Source of the DNA: Candidatus Poribacteria bacterium | GTDB lineage: Bacteria; Poribacteria; WGA-4E; WGA-3G | NCBI GenBank assembly: GCA_965205015.1 | Contig: OZ242029.1 | Span: 256,001-320,000, forward strand | DNA: 64,000 nt | Direction of reading: 5' to 3' | Part shown: positions 55,526-64,000 of the stretch, piece by piece | Numbering within the stretch: the first letter of the stretch is position 1 | How the letters are laid out: each line of letters begins with the position of its first letter | The notes under the pieces: generated by a model | Database searches by the model: none | Seen by the model: the letters and a program-made list of their open reading frames with translations, nothing else | What the model was told of the DNA's origin: nothing | Position numbers and translations under genes: made by a program

Positions 55526-56548
55526 ATGAATCTGCCCGTTGGAAAACTAAAACACGATTTTTTAAAAGAACTTCTGCCCACACACGACAGAAATACAAGC
55601 GTGGTCGTCGGTCCACAACTCGGTGAAGATGCCGCAGTCATAGAATTAGGGGATAACTATCTTGTTGCCACCAGTGACCCGATTACCTTCTCGACCGAAG
55701 ATATCGGGTGGTACGTGGTATGCGTCAATAGCAATGACATCGCCGCGATGGGGGCTGTGCCGAAATGGTTGCTGGTAACTTTATTGTTGCCCGAAGATGC
55801 GACGACACCCGCAATGGTTCGCGACATCATGGCACAGATCACGCAGGCATGTGCGGCGTTTGACATCGCGCTCTGTGGTGGACATACCGAAGTTACACCA
55901 GCCGTCACACAACCCGTTGTCATAGGACAGATGATGGGGGTTACCCACAAAAATGTCTTGTTCACTTCAGCGGACGCTTGCATAGGGGATGTTCTAATTC
56001 TCACAAAAGGGCTCGGCATTGAAGCGACAGCAATCATCGCGCGCGAGTGCGAAGATCAGTTGCGCGAAAAGTGCGATGCTCAATTCTTGGAGCAGGCGAA
56101 GAACTATCTTATGGACCCGGGAATTTCCGTGGTAAAGGATGCCCAAATCGCAATCGCCACAGGCGGTGTACACGCTATGCACGATGTCACAGAGGGCGGC
56201 GTCGCAACCGCCGTCTATGAGTTGGCAACCGCCGCCGAGTTAGGGGTGACCGTCTCTTCGGATAAACTTTTAGGCTCACCCCTCCTGTATGGAAACGTAA
56301 CACGGACGTTATGCGATATGTTTGGGCTTAACCCGCTCGGTGTCATTTCATCCGGTGCCATGCTAATAGCATCGGAACCCGAAAAAGGCGAAACAATCTG
56401 CCAAGCCCTCGGTATGGCGGGTATCCGCGCAGAGATTATCGGACAGTTTCTGCCACCTGAGCACGGATTGTGGTTGAAAGATGCCACCGGCACACAACAC
56501 CCCCTCCCTATTTTTGAGACGGACGAAATCGCTAAACTTTTTATCTGA
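55526..56548 (+). CDS. AIR synthase-related (HypE-like) protein
   Basis: VGKL, GEDAA, SDPIT, NDIAAMGA, GGHTE, HAMHDVTEGG. Confidence 0.88.
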   Translation: MNLPVGKLKHDFLKELLPTHDRNTSVVVGPQLGEDAAVIELGDNYLVATSDPITFSTEDIGWYVVCVNSNDIAAMGAVPKWLLVTLLLPEDATTPAMVRDIMAQITQACAAFDIALCGGHTEVTPAVTQPVVIGQMMGVTHKNVLFTSADACIGDVLILTKGLGIEATAIIARECEDQLREKCDAQFLEQAKNYLMDPGISVVKDAQIAIATGGVHAMHDVTEGGVATAVYELATAAELGVTVSSDKLLGSPLLYGNVTRTLCDMFGLNPLGVISSGAMLIASEPEKGETICQALGMAGIRAEIIGQFLPPEHGLWLKDATGTQHPLPIFETDEIAKLFI

Positions 56549-56715
56549 ATTTCAAACCGTTGACCTGACCATAGAAGTTTTTTCTTCAAATTCTAAAAAA
56601 TTCTGAAATTTACCCTAAACTTTTCCAGTTTCATCTGTATAATTAATATAGGGGGCGTTTTACCTATCGTGAAAAACATTCATGTTTCAACGCCTGAAAC
56701 AAAAAGGGGGAACTC

Positions 56716-57069
56716 ATGCTAACTCTAATGCGCTGGAAAGGTGGTATCCCGATTGTGGAACCGAATCAAAAAATCATAGGAACCGCATCATCACAGTTGC
56801 GGGAAAGACTCGTTTCACAGATAGATGCTTCTCATACATCGTGCATTATCATCAATTTCGCTCGCGTTGACAAAATAGACAGTTCGGGGCTCGGGGCTTT
56901 GGTAAGTGCATATATTGTGGCGAAGCAAAAAAAGGGACGTATTGGGATCATCAATGTCGGGAGAAACATCAAAAGTCTGATTGTCCAAAGTTGGCTCATT
57001 AATACCTTTGAGCATTTTGAGGATGAGGACACTGCCGTGGCAGCATTGTCGGTCCCCACTAAGTTTTGA
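56716..57069 (+). CDS. STAS-domain anti-sigma-factor antagonist
   Basis: IDSSGLGAL phosphoserine motif; 117 aa; GGGGG RBS. Confidence 0.88.
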   Translation: MLTLMRWKGGIPIVEPNQKIIGTASSQLRERLVSQIDASHTSCIIINFARVDKIDSSGLGALVSAYIVAKQKKGRIGIINVGRNIKSLIVQSWLINTFEHFEDEDTAVAALSVPTKF

Positions 57070-57155
57070 AGGGAAAGCAGCCGGCTGGCAGTTTACTATG
57101 GTGAATTATCAAAATATGTGGACATCCCGTAGGGGTGCCCCTTGTGGGTACCCCC

Positions 57156-57241
57156 AAATTCACCGTTCATGTACCCTATAAATTCACCGTTCATGTACCC
57201 TATAAATTCACCGTTCACGTACCCTTAAATTCACCGTTCAC
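57156..57241. repeat. 24-bp tandem repeat, 3.5 copies, adjoining a GTAG REP
   Basis: AAATTCACCGTTCATGTACCCTAT x2, a 23-bp variant and a partial copy; no spacers. Confidence 0.9.
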
Positions 57242-57255
57242 AATGTCTAAGTAAT

Positions 57256-57348
57256 TAGAACTTACGCAATTTCTATGGAAGACCTACGGCCCACACGCCG
57301 CTGGCGAAGTTTCAAACCTCGCCAGCAAAGGATGCTGCGTAAGTCCTG
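57256..57348. mobile_element. MITE family B with 5-bp target duplication
   Basis: TAGAACTTACGCA...TGCGTAAGTCCTG flanked by GTAAT (57251-57255 and 57349-57353). Confidence 0.8.
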
Positions 57349-57393
57349 GTAATTCTAAAATCCACCATAAATACCCTCACCTCAAGATAAGTA

Positions 57394-57422
57394 TTGACTT
57401 CGCGCTGTAAAAATGGTAAAAT
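57394..57422 (+). promoter_or_regulatory. sigma70 promoter
   Basis: TTGACT-N17-TAAAAT with extended TG. Confidence 0.65.
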
Positions 57423-57507
57423 AAATATCAGATGTAGTGCCCCACGTTTTATAGATTTTGATAACTGTGTAGAAATCTGAATCTTTCCGGAAGTGGAGGA
57501 CAAATAG

Positions 57508-58158
57508 ATGGCTTTGAGATGTCAATTGGGCACTGTAAAATGTCCGTCGTATAAACATCAGGGCATTTTTCAACCAGATAATGAAACGGTGAAATCCTTT
57601 TTGCCGGATTTGAACCACTGTGCAACGTGCACAGCGGCTGCGCCGCCGAAACGCCCGGATCTCCAAGACGACCTACTACAAATTGCCGCACTGGCACTTC
57701 TTGAAAAGGGACCAGGGTTCGATCCTACCCATGAAAGTGGTGCGCAGTTCGGGAGTTTCATTCGTCCGCATATCTGTGGCGCTTTGACGAACGCGAAAGG
57801 CAAAGAACTCACCCATAGCAATCGTGAGTGCCTTGATTTTAATGGAAACGTATCCCCGTCCAAGGAAGCAGCGACTGAAATCAATCAGGATATTAACTGG
57901 CTGTGGGAGGTGCCAGACCCGGACGCTGCCTTTGAGGATAAACTCATCCGAGACCTCAGTTTTGCCGCTGCGTTGCCGGCACTCCTGAAAATCCTGACCC
58001 CCCGTGAACGAGAAATTTTCGGATGCATTCGTGAGAATCAGCAAAATTTTGAGATCGCCGAGGTATTGAAAATTTCTGAATCGCGCGTGAGTCAATTGGT
58101 GAAGCAAGTGACACTGAAATTGGCGGGGGCAGCACGAAAACTGGGTTTAGCAAACTAA
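57508..58158 (+). CDS. sigma70-family alternative sigma factor (FliA/WhiG-like regions 2 and 4) with Cys-rich N-terminus
   Basis: DDLLQIA...GFDP...FGSF region 2; LTPRERE...EIAEVLKISESRVSQL region 4; GGAGG RBS. Confidence 0.8.
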   Translation: MALRCQLGTVKCPSYKHQGIFQPDNETVKSFLPDLNHCATCTAAAPPKRPDLQDDLLQIAALALLEKGPGFDPTHESGAQFGSFIRPHICGALTNAKGKELTHSNRECLDFNGNVSPSKEAATEINQDINWLWEVPDPDAAFEDKLIRDLSFAAALPALLKILTPREREIFGCIRENQQNFEIAEVLKISESRVSQLVKQVTLKLAGAARKLGLAN

Positions 58159-58315
58159 CTATTTTTCGGAGGCAGTATCTTGAAAATAAGCATATTTCAG
58201 ACATAAAGGCGATTGTTGACCCCGGTAGTGATACTGGAGCGCAATCGCCTTTTCTCTTGAATGTGCCCCTTAACCTTTGCCGTAGCGAGGCAATGCAGGA
58301 AATGCATCTGACAAA

Positions 58316-58978
58316 ATGGACTTGCAAGATTACCCCCTCACCAGTACCGTCATCAAATTGAAAACCGGTCGGGTCCAACTCACCCTGATAGAAGAACCCG
58401 ATTGGTTCCTTGAAAAACTCAGTCAAGAGGACCACCAAGGCAAACTCTACCTTCCTTACTGGACCTATCTCTGGGAGTCTTCAATCGGTCTCGCCCGTCA
58501 TATAGAGAAAATAGGTACGCGCCTAAAAAATGCGCATATCTTAGAAATCGGATGCGGATTCGGACTGGCAGGAATTGTCGCCTGTCAGATGGGGGCGCGC
58601 GTGGTTTTCACGGACGCAGTACAGACGGCGCTCCGCTTCGCACATCACAACGCCGAGCAGAACGGGGTCAGCCAACGTGCCGATTTCGTCCAGATGGATT
58701 GGAACACCCCCTGCTTTAACCGTCAATTTCCATATATCCTCGCCGCCGATGTCATTTACGAAGAACCCCATTGGATACCGATCCTGACGCTACTTCAAGA
58801 GTACCTCAACCAGAAGGGTGTTGCCCTCTTTTCTGAACCGCATCGCAGCAACGCGTCCGGTTTTTTTAAACTGCTGACTGACAACGGCTTCGTTTACCGA
58901 AAAACCTCCTGCCCTGTCACATTGGACAGACAAACCTCTCAAGTCGGTATCTATTCTGTACGACGTGTGAGGGCATGA
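58316..58978 (+). CDS. SAM-dependent methyltransferase family 16 (METTL21-like)
   Basis: PYWTYLWESS, LEIGCGFGLAG, FTD, ILAADVIY. Confidence 0.85.
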   Translation: MDLQDYPLTSTVIKLKTGRVQLTLIEEPDWFLEKLSQEDHQGKLYLPYWTYLWESSIGLARHIEKIGTRLKNAHILEIGCGFGLAGIVACQMGARVVFTDAVQTALRFAHHNAEQNGVSQRADFVQMDWNTPCFNRQFPYILAADVIYEEPHWIPILTLLQEYLNQKGVALFSEPHRSNASGFFKLLTDNGFVYRKTSCPVTLDRQTSQVGIYSVRRVRA

Positions 58979-59032
58979 ATGGCATTGTCATTGTAATAGC
59001 CTCTCCAACCTTCCAATCCTCTTCTTCCATAT

Positions 59033-59182
59033 TGCCCAAAAAACAGGAAAAAACGCTCGTACTCTGCTAAAAAAATAGGCAAAAATTCGCGCGCCATGGA
59101 CTTTTCGTTGGGTTTCCGTTTGGCAGAAGTGTGATGCACCTTAGGAAAATCAATGTTCTATACTTTTGGCAAGGTTTTTGCT
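59033..59182 (+). promoter_or_regulatory. sigma54 promoter with upstream NtrC-like sites
   Basis: TGGCAAGGTTTTTGCT at 59167-59182; TGC-N11-GCA site at 59065-59081 plus a degenerate site about 30 bp upstream. Confidence 0.7.
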
Positions 59183-59256
59183 AATGCTATATTGAGGTTA
59201 ACATTCCTCGTTGTTTCAGCACATTTACGCGGAAAAAACTTGGGAAAGGGTGGAGA

Positions 59257-59865
59257 ATGGAAGCAGTCACCTCAACGACAAAGGGGCGAATTCTAATCAT
59301 TGATAACAATCCCGAGCGCGCACATTCGTTAATCCAGATACTGGAAGCAAGCCGCTACAAAGTCGCTGTCCCTGTGCGTCTACAGGAAGGTTTAACGGAT
59401 CAAGTTACACAGATAAAGCCAGACATCATATTGATCGGCGTTGACTTCCCGGGACAGACGATTCTCCGTTGGGTTGCAGCTCTGCACGAGAGCTACCCGT
59501 GTCCGACAGTCATGTTTTCACGTGATGAGCGATCGGAAACAATTCAGGCAGCGACGCGGGCGGGTGTCTCCGCATATGCCGTCGGGAAACTTACGGGTGC
59601 CCGAGTGAAAACCATCATTGAGGCAGCCGTCGCCCGATTCTATGAATACCGGGCATTGCAAGAAGAACTTGAAAAAACAAAAACAAACCTTGCCGAACGC
59701 AAAATCATTGAACGTGCGAAGGAAGTGGTCGCACAGCAACGCGGCTGCAACGAATCACAAGCGTATCAAATTTTGCGGAAGATGGCGATGAATCGTAGAA
59801 AACGGCTCGCAGAAATCTCACAAGATGTACTGTCTGTCGCCGATGTATTAACGAACAAATTGTAG
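59257..59865 (+). CDS. nasT: ANTAR-domain antiterminator (NasT-like)
   Basis: Pseudo-receiver with AGVSAY; LAERKIIERAK...AYQILRKMAMN ANTAR domain; upstream of nitrate genes. Confidence 0.88.
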   Translation: MEAVTSTTKGRILIIDNNPERAHSLIQILEASRYKVAVPVRLQEGLTDQVTQIKPDIILIGVDFPGQTILRWVAALHESYPCPTVMFSRDERSETIQAATRAGVSAYAVGKLTGARVKTIIEAAVARFYEYRALQEELEKTKTNLAERKIIERAKEVVAQQRGCNESQAYQILRKMAMNRRKRLAEISQDVLSVADVLTNKL

Positions 59866-59974
59866 AAGTAGTGCCTGTTCAAGGGTGAACAACATATTCA
59901 CATCAGCACTCCTGATTTTCTCAGAATACGCCTGATGTGTCCCGCACTACTGTGATGATACCGATAAAATCTAA

Positions 59975-60092
59975 CCAAAGGTGGAATGCAAAATAAAGGC
60001 AAATTGTGCCGCGATGGCATAATTTGGGTCTGGACACAGGTGTCCGTTCAGCTGAGCCTTATGCTCGCTGATGGATGCCTTTTTTATTTTTT
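59975..60092 (+). promoter_or_regulatory. ANTAR-target leader with overlapping intrinsic terminator
   Basis: Hexaloops CC-AAAGGT-GG (59975) and GGAC-ACAGGT-GTCC (60032-60045) with A1/G4; the latter overlaps the 5' arm of GTGTCCGTTCAGC/GCTGATGGATGC + T tract. Confidence 0.7.
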
Positions 60093-60119
60093 ACCACCGA
60101 ACCGCAAGGAAAATGTAAA

Positions 60120-61712
60120 ATGGTGAGCCCATCAAAAAAGAAAGCGACTTCCACACGCCGAGGGATGCGTTCAGCACCAAGTTTGAAAAGCGCAACGGTT
60201 TCCAAAAAAGCAAAGTCCAAGATAAATGCTGCGGAAGCCTTGAAGCAAGAGAAAAACGGACTTGAAGTCATCAATGACATCCCGAACTATATTCGGGACG
60301 GTTGGGAATCTATTCCCCCGAACGAACGCGATCGGCTTAAGTGGGTCGGTGTTTTTTTCCGAAAGCAAACCCCTGGCGCATTCATGATGCGGCTCCGTAT
60401 GTCAAGCGGTTTTAGCAATGCCGAGCAGCTTCGCGCTATTGCTGAAATCAGCGAAGCACACGGACCCGGATTCGTCGATCTCACGACGCGCCAGCAGATC
60501 CAACTTCGAGGGTTCGCGATTGAGAATGTCCAACATATCTGGAATCGGCTTGAAGAGGTCGGTTTAGGTTCACTCCAAACGGGTTTCGACAACATTCGCG
60601 GTGTCATCGGATGTCCCGTTGCCGGGTTGACACCGAATGAACTCTTTGATGCCTCGCCTGTCGGCAGGGAATTCACAAAACTCTTTGTCGGCAATAAGGA
60701 ATTCACCGATATTCCGCGGAAGTTTAATGTTGGTATCACAGGATGCTTGGATAACTGCACGCATACCGCCTCGCAGGATATCGCCCTCACACCAGCGGTC
60801 AAAGAGATTGACGGTGAAAAAACAAACGGCTTTAATGTCGCAGTCGGTGGAAAGATGGGCTCCGGCGGCTATACGCCCGCGCAACCCCTTGACGTGTTTA
60901 TTACGCCGAAAGAAGCCTCCATTTTGTGTGCGGATATTACGTTAATTTTTCGAGATCACGGACCTCGGACAGCTCGCAATAAATCTCGCCTTGCTTTTCT
61001 GATTGCCGATTGGGGGGTAGGAAAATTCCGAGAAGAATTAGAAAGGCGTCGACACAGAAAGCAGCCGCTCCTGACTGCGGGGAAAGAGGCACGCGGTAAG
61101 AAAAAGACGGATCACACCGGTATCTTCTCACAGAAACAGCCGGGGCTCAACTACGTCGGGCTTGTTGTCCCAGTCGGACGGATTACAACGACACAACTCT
61201 CCGAGGTCGCACGGATCGCAGATGCATACGGCAACGGCGACATCCGTCTTACACAAGGACAGAATCTGATTATCACGAATGTGCCAGACGCAAAAATCGG
61301 AGACCTCACCGCAGAACCGCTCCTACAGGAACTCCGCTATGATCCCTCGGAAGTTATGCGCGGCATGGTGAGTTGCACCGGCATCGACTATTGCCACTTC
61401 TCGCTGATTGAAACCAAAGAACGCGCCATGGAAGCGATCCGACATCTGGAGGCGAAACTCGGCAATACCAAACCGCTTACGATACACTGGTCGGGATGTC
61501 CAAACGGATGTGGCAATCACGCCGCCGCAGACATCGGACTCCTCGGCAAGAAAACCAAAATTGATGGGGTCGTCACCGATGCGGTGGACGTATTCCTCAA
61601 GGGGGATGCTGGAGCAAATCCGAAAATCGCACCGAAGGTCTTGGAGAATATACCCTGCGATGAACTACCGCAAGTGCTTGAGGGACTCGTTCCTTACCTT
61701 TCACGTAGATAG
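60120..61712 (+). CDS. nirA: Ferredoxin--nitrite reductase
   Basis: RLKWVG, FMMRLR, LTTRQQIQ, PRKFN, SCTGIDYC and SGCPNGC siroheme/4Fe-4S ligands. Confidence 0.93.
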   Translation: MVSPSKKKATSTRRGMRSAPSLKSATVSKKAKSKINAAEALKQEKNGLEVINDIPNYIRDGWESIPPNERDRLKWVGVFFRKQTPGAFMMRLRMSSGFSNAEQLRAIAEISEAHGPGFVDLTTRQQIQLRGFAIENVQHIWNRLEEVGLGSLQTGFDNIRGVIGCPVAGLTPNELFDASPVGREFTKLFVGNKEFTDIPRKFNVGITGCLDNCTHTASQDIALTPAVKEIDGEKTNGFNVAVGGKMGSGGYTPAQPLDVFITPKEASILCADITLIFRDHGPRTARNKSRLAFLIADWGVGKFREELERRRHRKQPLLTAGKEARGKKKTDHTGIFSQKQPGLNYVGLVVPVGRITTTQLSEVARIADAYGNGDIRLTQGQNLIITNVPDAKIGDLTAEPLLQELRYDPSEVMRGMVSCTGIDYCHFSLIETKERAMEAIRHLEAKLGNTKPLTIHWSGCPNGCGNHAAADIGLLGKKTKIDGVVTDAVDVFLKGDAGANPKIAPKVLENIPCDELPQVLEGLVPYLSRR

Positions 61713-61756
61713 AAACCTCCAACCTACCTCACCGAACCGCAAGGAAAATTAAAAAT

Positions 61757-63109
61757 ATGGATATAAAAAATAAAGCGACACAAATAAATCTTTTCAGTCT
61801 AAAAACCGTTCAGATGCGCACCTTCCATACCACATGGTTTGCGTTCTTTCTCGCCTTTTTCGGGTGGTTCGGCATTGCACCGCTCATGGCGATTGTACGC
61901 GAAGATCTGATGCTAACAAAAGCACAAATTGGCAACACAATTATCGCCTCCGTCGCAATCACAGTTATCGTGCGAATCCTAATCGGACCGCTGTGTGACC
62001 GGATCGGTTCTCGAAAGGCGTACACATGGCTGCTGATTCTCGGTTCACTGCCCGTTATGGGTATCGGTTTCGCCCAAAATTATGAGACGTTTCTGCTATT
62101 CCGATTGGCAATCGGTGCCATTGGTGCCTCGTTTGTCATCACGCAGTACCATACATCGACAATGTTTGCCCCGAATTGTGTCGGTACAGCGAATGCAACA
62201 ACAGCAGGCTGGGGGAACCTCGGTGGCGGTGTCACGCAGATGATAATGCCTCTCATCTTTACGGCTGTTCTCAGTTTCGGTGTGGACAAATTCCTCGGAT
62301 GGCGGTTGGCAATGATTGTTCCTGGGATCGCCCTGTTTATCACCGGGTTCGCGTATTATTTCCTTACCCAAGACGCCCCCGATGGAAACTATAAGGAACT
62401 TCGTGACCGCGGGGACCTCGAACCGGCGAAAGGCAAAGGCATGGAGTCTTTCATGCTGGCGATCAAAGACTATCGCGTCTGGGCACTTTTTGTCATTTAC
62501 GCCGCCTGTTTCGGGGTAGAACTCACCATCAACAACGTCGCCGCCCTCTACTATCACGACCAATTCCAATTAGATGTCAAAACCGCTGGACTCATCGCAG
62601 GATTGTTCGGTCTGATGAATATCTTTGCGCGAACCGTCGGCGGCGCTTTTTCCGACTTCTTTGCGAAAAAGATGGGACTCCGCGGGCGTGTCATGTTCCT
62701 CTTCGTTGTCCTGTTCGGTGAAGGGATCATGCTGATGCTGTTCTCACAGATGGCAGTCCTTCTGCTCGCCGTTGGAACGATGATTGTGTTTAGTCTCTTT
62801 GTGCAGATGTCTGAAGGGGCAACTTATGGGATCGTCCCATTCATCAATCGAAAGGCGTTAGGAGCCGTCGCGGGTATTGTGGGTGCGGGTGGAAACGCCG
62901 GCGCCGTCGCCGCGGGTTTCCTGTTCCGCTCTGAGAGCATCACGATGCAGCAAGGTCTGTTATATCTCGGCATAATGGTCGCGGTCGCCTCGGTTGCCAC
63001 AGCGTTGGTAAGATTTTCACCCGCAGTCCAAGACGCAGAAAAGAAAGCATTTAATGCAGCACTCGCAGAAAGACAACGCCTGAAAGCGGAAGCAGGTGCG
63101 TTATCCTAA
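61757..63109 (+). CDS. narK: Nitrate/nitrite MFS transporter (NarK/NRT2 family)
   Basis: AGWGNLGGG and GAGGNAGA nitrate signatures; FGVEL; 12 TM. Confidence 0.92.
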   Translation: MDIKNKATQINLFSLKTVQMRTFHTTWFAFFLAFFGWFGIAPLMAIVREDLMLTKAQIGNTIIASVAITVIVRILIGPLCDRIGSRKAYTWLLILGSLPVMGIGFAQNYETFLLFRLAIGAIGASFVITQYHTSTMFAPNCVGTANATTAGWGNLGGGVTQMIMPLIFTAVLSFGVDKFLGWRLAMIVPGIALFITGFAYYFLTQDAPDGNYKELRDRGDLEPAKGKGMESFMLAIKDYRVWALFVIYAACFGVELTINNVAALYYHDQFQLDVKTAGLIAGLFGLMNIFARTVGGAFSDFFAKKMGLRGRVMFLFVVLFGEGIMLMLFSQMAVLLLAVGTMIVFSLFVQMSEGATYGIVPFINRKALGAVAGIVGAGGNAGAVAAGFLFRSESITMQQGLLYLGIMVAVASVATALVRFSPAVQDAEKKAFNAALAERQRLKAEAGALS

Positions 63110-63261
63110 TCCTGAACTTTTACTGAACTCATTTGGACGATCCTCTGGGATTGCCCATTCATTACTTGAAAAAATTACCGTTTCATCACCTGTGTTCTTC
63201 AAACCAACCGAAACCCGACTTTGAAATCGGAAACAATCGGATCGGAAACCTAATAAAAAAA

Positions 63262-64000
63262 ATGGAAAATTCAACAGGAAAAGCGGTGTGTCCGTATTGC
63301 GGTGTCGGTTGTGTCATCCGCGCAACCGTCAGCGATAACAAAATTACGAAAATTTCAGCGGACGACGACACTGCTCCAAATTACGGAATGCTCTGTTCAA
63401 AAGGCGCACACCTCAAACAAGTCTTTCAAAACCACGACGGCAGACTGGCGTACCCTATGATTCGTGACCGCCGGAGTGAACCGCCACGTCAGGTCTCGTG
63501 GGATGAAGCCATCACCTTCACAGCAAATCGACTCCACGAAATCCAATTGGAACACGGCAAAGATTCTATTGCACTCTACGGCTCCGGGCAGTTGGACACA
63601 GAGGCTTCCTACGTTTTCAATAAATTGTTCAAAGGATTCCTCCGGACGAACAACGTAGATACGAACAGCCGACTCTGTATGTCTTCCGCAGTCGTCGGTT
63701 ATATGCAGTCGTTCGGTTCCGATGGACCGCCGACCTGTTACGACGACATTCAGCACGCCGAGGTCTTTCTGATTATCGGTGCGAATATGGCGGTAAATCA
63801 TCCCGTTCTCTTCCAGATGATTCGGAAGCGGCGAGCGATTGAACCGAATACACGGATTATTACCGTAGATCCCCGCCGCAGCAAGACAGCGGAATTCTCA
63901 GACATCCATGTACCCCTTGCCCCTGGCAGCGATGTCGCCTTCCTCCAACTCATCGCGAAACGTCTCCTTGCGATAGGACGGATTAATCAACGGTTCGTCC
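63262..64000 (+). CDS. nasA: Assimilatory nitrate reductase catalytic subunit (NasA/NarB), 3' truncated by window; missing from ORF track
   Basis: MENSTGKAVCPYCGVGC...GMLCSKG 4Fe-4S motif; YGSGQL; NVDTNSRLCMSSA Mo-cofactor motif. Confidence 0.92.
   Translation, partial: MENSTGKAVCPYCGVGCVIRATVSDNKITKISADDDTAPNYGMLCSKGAHLKQVFQNHDGRLAYPMIRDRRSEPPRQVSWDEAITFTANRLHEIQLEHGKDSIALYGSGQLDTEASYVFNKLFKGFLRTNNVDTNSRLCMSSAVVGYMQSFGSDGPPTCYDDIQHAEVFLIIGANMAVNHPVLFQMIRKRRAIEPNTRIITVDPRRSKTAEFSDIHVPLAPGSDVAFLQLIAKRLLAIGRINQRFV

Noticed and set aside
57156-57241. Possible CRISPR array
   Set aside because: Units are contiguous with no unique spacers, and no cas genes are present.

Overview
Bacterial chromosomal window with the standard genetic code (TGA is a normal stop in many genes here). 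The gene content includes WD40/LRR/dockerin secreted proteins with a conserved '[16 protein letters not shown]...ATRKMLIRK' C-terminal domain, PhyH, FGE-fold and DUF4159 proteins, and dense MITE/REP repeats. This points to Candidatus Poribacteria or a relative (inference only). Housekeeping and metabolic genes: argJ, thrS, lpoB, cysteine desulfurase, E1-beta, YitJ-like, three tRNAs, a probable hydroxyproline-catabolic cluster, and a sigma54/NasT-ANTAR-controlled nitrate assimilation operon running off the right edge. Most notable observations: (1) a 55-codon leader ORF with a C9 tract ahead of a terminator and a 1205-aa surface protein; single-C slippage would carry translation into or through the terminator (candidate phase-variable attenuator); (2) a cluster, probably sigma54-driven, of secreted vWA/WD40/cohesin/dockerin proteins plus two PorV/FadL-like barrels, divergent from a pseudo-receiver enhancer-binding protein; (3) a candidate kissing-loop RNA at a transcript 5' end; (4) an Rpn-like nuclease gene inserted at the argJ start, with an internal RBS/ATG; (5) a MITE inserted in-frame into a signal peptide; (6) a dockerin-cytochrome c-copper monooxygenase fusion; (7) a dispersed repeat that appears to supply ribosome-binding sites. 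No CRISPR array, integrase or transposase was seen. All calls are by eye; no searches were run.
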